Positions 56,872 to 64,000 of a stretch of DNA of 64,000 nucleotides are shown here, piece by piece (within the stretch, counting starts at the first letter, position 1; the number at the start of each line of letters is the position of its first letter). Origin of the DNA: Patescibacteria group bacterium (GTDB lineage Bacteria > Patescibacteriota > Patescibacteriia > Veblenbacterales > UBA10138). Location: assembly GCA_041645215.1 (NCBI GenBank), contig JBAZQK010000005.1:23562-87561 (forward strand), read 5' to 3'. Position numbers and translations under genes: made by a program. The notes below the pieces were generated by a model that saw only the letters and a list, made by a program, of their open reading frames with translations, ran no database searches and was not told the DNA's origin.

Positions 56872-58131
56872 ATGACCAATTTTAATACTACTTTGCCAAG
56901 AGTTAAGCTGGCCGCCGGCGCAGTACAGCAGTTAAGTGGCCAAACCAAGAATGCCGTACTGCGGGATTTACGCCGCGGGCTGATAGCTTCAACTAAGGAA
57001 ATTCTACTGGCCAATGACAAAGATTTTTTGCGTTTGCCGGCCGCTTATCCTCATGCTGATAGGTTAAAATTAACGCCAACGCGTATTTTAGGAATGGCGA
57101 AAAGTTTGCAGGCAGTGGAACGCCTGGCTGACCCAACCAACCGTTTGCTTGACCGTCGCGTGCTAAAAAACGGATTAACGATTGAGCGGCGTACGGTTCC
57201 GCTGGGCGTGATTGGCATTATTTATGAAGCCCGGCCCAATGTGACGGTGGAAGTGTTTAGTTTAGCTTTTAAAGCCGGTAACGCCTTGCTGCTTAAAGGC
57301 GGCCGCGATGCTTACGAAACCAATAAAGTTTTGGTTGATTTGATTCACCGGGTTTTGCGTAAGCACAAAATTTCGCCCGACGCCGTAACCTTGATTAATG
57401 CTTTTAAACCCGCGGACACTGAACGCCTATTAAAGGCCAACCAATATATTGACGTTATAATTCCGCGCGGCAGCAATCGGTTAATTAATTATGTTCGCAG
57501 TCACTCTACGATACCGGTAATTGAAACCGGCGCCGGGGTGTGCCATATGTATGTGGAGCGGTCAGCCAATTTAACCTGGGCCGTCCGCCTAGTGTTTAAC
57601 GCTAAAACCAGGCGGGTTAGTGTGTGTAATGCTTTAGACACACTACTGGTTGATACTAGTATTGCGCCACGTCTTTTTAAAAAATTGGCGCCCGAGCTGG
57701 CTAAGGCGGGGGTGGTAATTTACGCTGACAAAAAAGGCTACCAAATTCTTAAAACCGGTTACCCGAATAACTTATTGCACCAGGCTAGACCAGCGCATTT
57801 TGGTAAAGAATTTCTCAGTTTAGCGATGAGTGTGAAAACGGTGCCTGATTGGCGCGCCGCCTTTCAGCATATTAGTCGCTATACCTCCAAACATTCCGAA
57901 GGTATAATTACCACTAATCAAAAATTAGCAGCTAAGTTTCAGCAAACTATTGATGCGGCGGCGGTCTATGTTAACACCTCAATTGGTTTTACCGACGGCT
58001 ATGAGTTTGGCTTGGGTGGCGAGATTGGCATCAGCACGCAAAAGTTGCAGGCCCGCGGCCCCCTGGGACTTTCAGAATTGGTTACTTACAAATGGTTGGT
58101 TACCAGCCGCGGCGTCACTCGGCCCGGATAG
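56872..58131 (+). CDS. proA: Gamma-glutamyl phosphate reductase
   Basis: VPLGVIGIIYEARPNVT, IPRGS, VCNALDTLL, FTDG.EFGLGGEIGISTQKL.ARGP. Confidence 0.96.
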   Translation: MTNFNTTLPRVKLAAGAVQQLSGQTKNAVLRDLRRGLIASTKEILLANDKDFLRLPAAYPHADRLKLTPTRILGMAKSLQAVERLADPTNRLLDRRVLKNGLTIERRTVPLGVIGIIYEARPNVTVEVFSLAFKAGNALLLKGGRDAYETNKVLVDLIHRVLRKHKISPDAVTLINAFKPADTERLLKANQYIDVIIPRGSNRLINYVRSHSTIPVIETGAGVCHMYVERSANLTWAVRLVFNAKTRRVSVCNALDTLLVDTSIAPRLFKKLAPELAKAGVVIYADKKGYQILKTGYPNNLLHQARPAHFGKEFLSLAMSVKTVPDWRAAFQHISRYTSKHSEGIITTNQKLAAKFQQTIDAAAVYVNTSIGFTDGYEFGLGGEIGISTQKLQARGPLGLSELVTYKWLVTSRGVTRPG

Positions 58132-58204
58132 TTTAATCGGTTTTTCACAGTTTGATAATCAAAAATCATTCCGCCTGACGGCGGAATGATTTTTGAATGC
58201 CAAG

Positions 58205-58381
58205 TTACTTAATCTTCTTAACCATCGTTTTTAAACAACTGGTGCACACTTTTAAACGTTTGCCATTAATCACTTTGCTTTGCAAATTAATATGCTGACG
58301 CCTAAGTGTCGGAATGTTGGAGTGACTGCGCGAAATCGCTTTCAGATATCCGCGGGCGCACATAGCACAGGTTCGGGCCAT
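58205..58381 (-). CDS. rpmB: 50S ribosomal protein L28 (not in ORF track)
   Basis: Hand translation: MARTCAMCARGYLKAISRSHSNIPTLRRQHINLQSKVINGKRLKVCTSCLKTMVKKIK. Confidence 0.92.
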   Translation of the reverse strand: MARTCAMCARGYLKAISRSHSNIPTLRRQHINLQSKVINGKRLKVCTSCLKTMVKKIK

Positions 58382-58622
58382 AAATTATTTTCCTTCGCCC
58401 TGATGTCTCTGGACGTTAGTTAAGGAATAAAAATTAAAATAACTTTTCGTAAGTTTATTTAGTAACCAATTGTTGGCTACGGCAGAATTTCACCTAGACA
58501 CCGCAATTATAAAACTGTGGAGTTCATTTGAACAGTTAGCTGAATTATTATAGTATAACTTGTAGGCCTAATAAGGCCACAAGCTTTGCCCAGTATAACA
58601 TAATCTATATCAGCGTCAAGCT

Positions 58623-59261
58623 ATGGACATACAATTGTTATTCTTCCTGATAATAATCATTCCCTCGGCCATCATGCATGAGTACGCTCATGCCTGGGCG
58701 GCCGACCGTTTGGGCGACCCCACGCCGCGTCTGGCCGGGCGGCTTACGATTAATCCGGTGCCGCATATGGATATGTGGGGAACGCTGATTTTGCCGTTTT
58801 CCTTATTTTTGTTAACCAGCGGCCAATTTTTGTTTGCTTATGCCAGGCCCGTGCCGTTTAACCCGCTGGCCTTGCGTTGGCAAAGATGGGGTTCGGCGGC
58901 AGTTGGTGTGGCCGGTCCGGGCATTAATTTAATCGTCGCTTTTATATTGGGGCAGTTAATCCGTTTTTTACCGCTTAATACCTTTAGTGATTTGTTGTCA
59001 GTTATAGTTTATGCCAACATTTTACTGGCCGTGTTTAACTTAATACCGATTCCGCCGCTGGACGGGTCTAAGTTGTTGTACGCGCTGTTGCCTGATCGTT
59101 GGTATGCCGCTAAAGTTTGGCTGGACCGTTACGGCATATTTTTACTGGTGATATTCATTTTATTCCTGTTTGATTGGGTGCGGCCGGTTATATTATTCCT
59201 ATTCAATTTGGCTACTGGTCCGGTTGGATTCATTAGTTTGTTCAATTTTTTTGGTTCTTGA
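58623..59261 (+). CDS. Site-2 protease family (M50) peptidase
   Basis: HEYAH, LGDPTP..GRLT.NP, AGP..N, FNLIPIPPLDGS. Confidence 0.93.
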   Translation: MDIQLLFFLIIIIPSAIMHEYAHAWAADRLGDPTPRLAGRLTINPVPHMDMWGTLILPFSLFLLTSGQFLFAYARPVPFNPLALRWQRWGSAAVGVAGPGINLIVAFILGQLIRFLPLNTFSDLLSVIVYANILLAVFNLIPIPPLDGSKLLYALLPDRWYAAKVWLDRYGIFLLVIFILFLFDWVRPVILFLFNLATGPVGFISLFNFFGS

Positions 59262-59286
59262 CAAGCCGTCGCGGTACTGTTATGAT
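59258..59286 (+). promoter_or_regulatory. Promoter of the str operon
   Basis: TTGACA-17-TATGAT with TGn extension. Confidence 0.75.
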
Positions 59287-59495
59287 GGCTTATGAGTTGT
59301 AAGGTTACTAACTCATTTTTTTATCCGCCTTGGCTAATAAATACAGTCCAACAGACTGCTAATTAATTCGAAAAGGCTGGTTAAGGCTTCAGCGGGTTTC
59401 ACTGAAGGTCGAGCTTTTATTAAATTACCGCCGTATTTATCCTTTTTCGTCCCGATGTGGGCGGTACTTCGGTGGCTTCCGAGTTTCATACTTGT

Positions 59496-59659
59496 AGAAC
59501 TTACGCGCTTGCCGTTTTAGGGGCGGGCGCAGCCCGACCCCTCAAGCGGCTTTGGCCAATTTCTTTGTTAAAACCTTTGCTTTTCGCTCACCGTAGTTTT
59601 ACTACGGCTTGCTCAAATGCTCGGTTTTGCCTCGAACTTGGCCCAAACGCGTAAGTCCT
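59496..59659. mobile_element. MITE-like element in the rpsL leader
   Basis: ACTTACGCG(C)TTG ... CAAACGCGTAAGT inverted ends. Internal CACCGTAGTTTACTACG is shared with the 24440 element. Confidence 0.55.
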
Positions 59660-59682
59660 AACTTGGCAAAAGTTAAGCAGTT

Positions 59683-60099
59683 ATGCCGACAATTAACCAA
59701 TTGATGCGCCAAGGGCGCAAGAGTTCAGTTCGCAAATCCAAGACTCCGGCGTTGGAGCCGGTTTTTAATACGCTTAAACGTAGTCGCACTATGTTGCCTA
59801 AAAGTAGCCCGTTTAAGCGAGGCGTTTGTATTAAAGTAACGACTACCACACCCAAAAAACCAAACTCGGCTTTGCGAAAAATTGCCCGTGTCCGATTATC
59901 TAATGGTATGGAAGTTACGGCTTATATCCCGGGTATCGGGCATAATTTGCAGGAACACTCCATTGTCATGATTCGCGGCGGACGGGTTAAAGATTTGCCG
60001 GGCGTGCGGTATCATATTGTGCGCGGTGTTTACGATACCTCTGGCGCGGACAAGCGCAAACAAGGCCGTTCTAAATATGGTGTTAAGAAAGGTAAGTAA
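59683..60099 (+). CDS. rpsL: 30S ribosomal protein S12
   Basis: [31 protein letters not shown]. Confidence 0.98.
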   Translation: MPTINQLMRQGRKSSVRKSKTPALEPVFNTLKRSRTMLPKSSPFKRGVCIKVTTTTPKKPNSALRKIARVRLSNGMEVTAYIPGIGHNLQEHSIVMIRGGRVKDLPGVRYHIVRGVYDTSGADKRKQGRSKYGVKKGK

Positions 60100-60107
60100 T
60101 TTTTAAT

Positions 60108-60575
60108 ATGCGTGGAAAAAAGAAAACGCCGAAACGTAATATTTTGCCCGACCCCAAGTATAACAGCGTGGTGTTGTCTCGTTTTATTAATAAAATAATG
60201 GAGCGCGGCAAAAAAACCGTCGCCCGCAAGATAGTTTACCAGGCGCTGGCCGTGATTGCCGACACCACCAAGCAGGACCCGTTGGAAGTGTTTGATTTGG
60301 CAATGAAGACAGTCGCCCCGCAAGTTGAAGTTCGGGGGCGTCGGGTTGGCGGCGGTAATTATCAGGTGCCGGTGGAAGTTCGGGGCGAGCGGAAACAAAC
60401 CCTGGCGATGCGTTGGCTAATTCAAGCTTTTCGGGCCAAAACCGGCCGGGCGTCGCATTTAAAGCTGGCGGAAGAATTGATGTTAGCCGCCAAAGGCGAA
60501 GGTGACGCGATTAAGAAAAAACAGGATGTGCACCGCATGGCTGAGTCTAACCGCGCCTTCGCGCACTTCGCATAG
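60108..60575 (+). CDS. rpsG: 30S ribosomal protein S7
   Basis: PDPKY, RRVGGGNYQVP, HRMAESNRAFAHF. Confidence 0.98.
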   Translation: MRGKKKTPKRNILPDPKYNSVVLSRFINKIMERGKKTVARKIVYQALAVIADTTKQDPLEVFDLAMKTVAPQVEVRGRRVGGGNYQVPVEVRGERKQTLAMRWLIQAFRAKTGRASHLKLAEELMLAAKGEGDAIKKKQDVHRMAESNRAFAHFA

Positions 60576-60578
60576 TTT

Positions 60579-60672
60579 AATGCAAAATTGAAAAATCAAA
60601 TATCAAAATGATAATGCAAAGCCCGAAATGATTAACTAATTTTTCATTTTGATTTTTCATTTTTGAATTTTT
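60579..60672. repeat. Heptamer-arm inverted element between rpsG and fusA
   Basis: AAAATTG AAAAATC AAATATC AAAATGA and TTTTCAT TTTGATT TTTCATT TTTGAAT. Confidence 0.7.
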
Positions 60673-60675
60673 ATT

Positions 60676-62757
60676 ATGCCTCGTGAATACAGTCAGGACA
60701 AAACCCGTAATTTTGGTGTAATCGCTCACATTGACGCCGGTAAGACCACAGTCTCAGAGCGGATTTTGTTTTATACCGGAAAGAAACACAAGATCGGCGA
60801 GGTGCACGAGGGCGAGGCGACGATGGATTGGATGGAGCAAGAAAAAGAGCGCGGTATTACTATAACCGCCGCCGCCACCACTTGTTTTTGGAAAGAGCAC
60901 CGGATGAATTTGATTGATACCCCCGGCCATATTGATTTTACCGTGGAGGTTAAACGCAGTTTGCGCGTTTTGGATGGTGGGGTGGTGGTATTTGACGGTG
61001 TGGCCGGAGTAGAACCGCAGTCGGAAACTAATTGGCGCTACGCTGATGATTATATGGTGCCGCGAATTTGTTTTATTAACAAAATGGACCGCATGGGGGC
61101 GGATTTTTACGCTGACTTAAAATCAATTTACGACCGTTTGACTAGGAACGCCTTCGCCCTGCAGTTACCAATCGGGGCGGCCGACACTTTTACCGGTTTG
61201 ATTGATTTATTAACGCGACGGGCCATTGTTTATACGGATGAGTTGGGTCAGAAATGGGAAGAGAGTGACGTGCCGGATGATATGAAAGATTTAGTGGAGG
61301 ATTATCGCCATCGGTTGGTGGAGGCGATTGCCGAGCATAATGATGATTTGTTGCAACTTTATTTGGAAGGCAAAGAAATTCCGCTGGCGGATTTAAAGCG
61401 CGGCTTGCGCCGGGCTTGTATTGCCAACGCCCTGGTGCCGGTGTTCTGCGGTTCAGCGCTTAAAAACAAAGGCGTGCAGTTTTTGTTGGACGCGATTGTG
61501 GATTATTTGCCATCGCCGTTGGATGTGCCGCCGATTAAGGCCACTGACCCTAAGACCGGAGCGGTGATTGAGCGCCAGCCGCTTGACAGTGAACCGTTTA
61601 CCGCCTTGGCCTTTAAAATCGCGACTGATCCGTTTGTCGGCAAACTGGCTTTTTTTAGGGTATATTCCGGCACGCTTAAATCAGGTTCATATGTGTTGAA
61701 TGCGTCCAATGGCGAAAAGGAAAGAATCAGTCGCATTGTTCGTTTGCATGCTAACTCGCGCGAGGAGGTTAATGAAGTTTATGCCGGTGAAATTGCCGCC
61801 GCCGTCGGCTTAAAAGCGACTACGACCGGTAACACTTTGTGCGACGTTGATCACCCGGTGTTGCTGGAATCAATTGTATTTCCCGAGCCGGTTATTTCAG
61901 TGGCGATTGAACCTAAAACCAAGGTGGATCAGGAAAAAATGGGTTTTGCTTTGCAAAAACTGGCCGAAGAAGATCCAACTTTCCGGGTGCGGAACAATGA
62001 GGAAACCGGCCAGCTTATTATTTGGGGTATGGGCGAGTTGCATTTGGAAATTATCGTTGATCGTTTAAAACGCGAGTTTAAAGTTGAAGCTAACATTGGT
62101 CGGCCGCAGGTGGCTTATAAAGAAACGATTACCAAAATCGCTCAAGCCGAGGGTAAATATATCCGTCAAACCGGCGGTCATGGCCAATATGGTCATTGTT
62201 GGGTCAGAGTTGAACCGCAGGCGACGGGTAAGGGCTTTGAATTTGTGGACGAGGTTAAGGGCGGATCGATTCCGCGCGAATTTATTCCGGCGGTGGGCAA
62301 GGGTATTAAAGAAGCCATCGAGAACGGTGTTTTGGCCGGTTATCCCATGGTTGATGTTAAGGCGGCGGTTTATGATGGTTCTTACCATGACGTTGACTCG
62401 TCCGAGGCGGCTTTTAAAATTGCCGGCTCATTAGCCTTTCAATCAGCTTGCCGACAAGCCAATCCGGTAATTTTGGAACCAATCATGAAAGTTGAGGCGG
62501 TGACGCCGGAAAATTATATGGGTGATGTGATTGGCGATTTAAATTCTAAGCGCGCGCAAATTCTGGAAATGCGCGACCGAATTGGGGTTAAGGCCATAGA
62601 CGCCATGGTGCCGTTGGCGGAAATGTTCGGTTATGCCACTGGTTTGCGCTCTATGACCCAAGGCCGTGGTTCTTATACCATGGAATTTGACCATTACGCT
62701 GAAGTGCCGCGTCATGTGACCGAGGAGATTATCGGTCAAAAAAATAAAGGCGCTTAA
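60676..62757 (+). CDS. fusA: Elongation factor G
   Basis: [37 protein letters not shown]. Confidence 0.98.
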   Translation: MPREYSQDKTRNFGVIAHIDAGKTTVSERILFYTGKKHKIGEVHEGEATMDWMEQEKERGITITAAATTCFWKEHRMNLIDTPGHIDFTVEVKRSLRVLDGGVVVFDGVAGVEPQSETNWRYADDYMVPRICFINKMDRMGADFYADLKSIYDRLTRNAFALQLPIGAADTFTGLIDLLTRRAIVYTDELGQKWEESDVPDDMKDLVEDYRHRLVEAIAEHNDDLLQLYLEGKEIPLADLKRGLRRACIANALVPVFCGSALKNKGVQFLLDAIVDYLPSPLDVPPIKATDPKTGAVIERQPLDSEPFTALAFKIATDPFVGKLAFFRVYSGTLKSGSYVLNASNGEKERISRIVRLHANSREEVNEVYAGEIAAAVGLKATTTGNTLCDVDHPVLLESIVFPEPVISVAIEPKTKVDQEKMGFALQKLAEEDPTFRVRNNEETGQLIIWGMGELHLEIIVDRLKREFKVEANIGRPQVAYKETITKIAQAEGKYIRQTGGHGQYGHCWVRVEPQATGKGFEFVDEVKGGSIPREFIPAVGKGIKEAIENGVLAGYPMVDVKAAVYDGSYHDVDSSEAAFKIAGSLAFQSACRQANPVILEPIMKVEAVTPENYMGDVIGDLNSKRAQILEMRDRIGVKAIDAMVPLAEMFGYATGLRSMTQGRGSYTMEFDHYAEVPRHVTEEIIGQKNKGA

Positions 62758-62760
62758 ACT

Positions 62761-63006
62761 ATGAAATTGGATTTAACCAGATTATTGCCGCTATTACAGC
62801 GGCGGGAGCGAATAATATTAGTTTTACCGGGCGAAGAACCGATCGTGCTGTTGTCGCTGGCTGATTACGAACGTTTGTCACCACTGTCCAGTTCGGCTAA
62901 ATCAGCCCGGACCGATGAATCAACTGTTCATCAGCTTGAAATTATTGACCCGCCCGCCAGTTCAGTGGAAGATGACGACCAATATTATCCCGAGCCGTTG
63001 GAATAA
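62761..63006 (+). CDS. Small hypothetical protein (Phd-like N-terminus, acidic tail)
   Basis: IILV...EPIVLLSLADYERL, C-terminal DDDQYYPEPLE. Confidence 0.6.
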   Translation: MKLDLTRLLPLLQRRERIILVLPGEEPIVLLSLADYERLSPLSSSAKSARTDESTVHQLEIIDPPASSVEDDDQYYPEPLE

Positions 63007-63188
63007 CCGCCGCCACCGCTGCCCCTTGTCAAAGTTTTAAGATTATGCTAGAGTTATCAAAGTCTAAACTATTAATAAAATTCATATTTAACGACATTAA
63101 TTTTGGCTAGGCAATTAGCTTGATAACCCTTAAATATAAAGGTGATTAAGTTAAGCGAGCCTTAAGCCACAAAGGAGAAAGTAATTTT

Positions 63189-64000
63189 ATGGCCGAAAAA
63201 TTTGATCGTTCCAAACCGCACATCAATGTGGGCACGATTGGCCACGTTGATCACGGCAAAACCACGTTAACCGCTGCTATTTTGCAGGTTTTAAGGTTGG
63301 CTGGTTTTTCCTCGCAAGACAAGGGTGTGGACCAAATTGATAACGCGCCCGAGGAAAAAGCCCGTGGTATTACCATAAATACCGCGCACGTGGAGTATGA
63401 GACGGCCGCCCGCCACTACGCTCACGTTGACTGTCCCGGCCACGCTGATTACATCAAAAACATGATTACCGGCGCCGCCCAGATGGATGGCGCGATTTTG
63501 GTCGTGTCCGCGACTGACGGCCCAATGCCGCAGACGCGCGAGCACATTTTGCTGGCTCGTCAGGTGGGCGTACCTTACATTGTCGTATTTTTGAACAAGG
63601 TTGATATGGTGGATGACAAAGATTTGATTGATTTGGTTGAGGAAGAGATACGGGACTTATTAAAGAAATATGAATTTCCGGGCGACCAAACCCCGATTAT
63701 TCGCGGCAGCGCGCTTAAGGCTTTGGAAGCGGCCAAGGCCGGTAAATTAGATGACCCGTACGCGCAGGGGGTATTGAGTCTGCTTAAGTCTTTGGATGAG
63801 TATATTCCTCTTCCGCAGCGCGAAACCGACAAACCGTTCTTAATGCCGGTTGAGGACATTTTCTCCATTGAAGGCCGCGGCACGGTGGTTACCGGCCGGA
63901 TTGAACGCGGTATTTTAAAACTTAACGACGAAGTTGAAGTTATTGGTTTACGCGATACCCAAAAGACTGTTATTACCGGCATTGAAATGTTTAACAAGTC
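63189..64000 (+). CDS. tuf: Elongation factor Tu, 3'-truncated by the window edge (not in ORF track)
   Basis: [67 protein letters not shown]. Confidence 0.98.
   Translation, partial: MAEKFDRSKPHINVGTIGHVDHGKTTLTAAILQVLRLAGFSSQDKGVDQIDNAPEEKARGITINTAHVEYETAARHYAHVDCPGHADYIKNMITGAAQMDGAILVVSATDGPMPQTREHILLARQVGVPYIVVFLNKVDMVDDKDLIDLVEEEIRDLLKKYEFPGDQTPIIRGSALKALEAAKAGKLDDPYAQGVLSLLKSLDEYIPLPQRETDKPFLMPVEDIFSIEGRGTVVTGRIERGILKLNDEVEVIGLRDTQKTVITGIEMFNK

Noticed and set aside
3081-63997. Long antisense or overlapping ORFs (e.g. 3081-3653, 11843-12622, 26380-26793, 55970-56524, 63575-63997)
   Set aside because: They are shadows of well-supported genes on the opposite strand or frame, with no motifs of their own.

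Overview
About 64 kb of a reduced-genome bacterium. Gene content and style point to Patescibacteria/CPR (inference): rpsF-ssb-rpsR-efp, a non-PGKG EF-P loop, lemA-htpX-clpC-comF, and rpsL-rpsG-fusA-ORF-tuf. Housekeeping blocks (about 3-29 kb and 58-64 kb) flank an AT-richer accessory region (about 30-58 kb). That region holds a large Ser/Thr/Cys-rich surface protein, four tandem YCF48/BNR beta-propeller proteins with T9SS-type C-terminal tails, and a putative RNase gene tail-to-tail with a small structured RNA. It also holds a nucleotide-chemistry cluster (B12 radical SAM, SPASM radical SAM, PPase, MTAP-like, dTMP-kinase-like, three NUDIX, His-phosphatase), a T-box riboswitch in front of a PEP-utilising/RPH-like dikinase, and a complete proB-proC-proA set. 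A tRNA-Ser locus (21.2-22.3 kb) has two intact tRNAs among several tRNA halves broken at the anticodon loop, with one tRNA inside an inverted-repeat-bounded insert. Small palindromic elements occur throughout, inserted into tRNA fragments, a dead copy of the typA start, other repeats and, in frame, protein-coding sequence. rpmB (L28), tuf and a GIY-YIG pseudogene were missing from the ORF track and were read by hand. No rRNA, CRISPR array, integrase or transposase was seen. All functional calls come from motif recognition by eye, not database searches.
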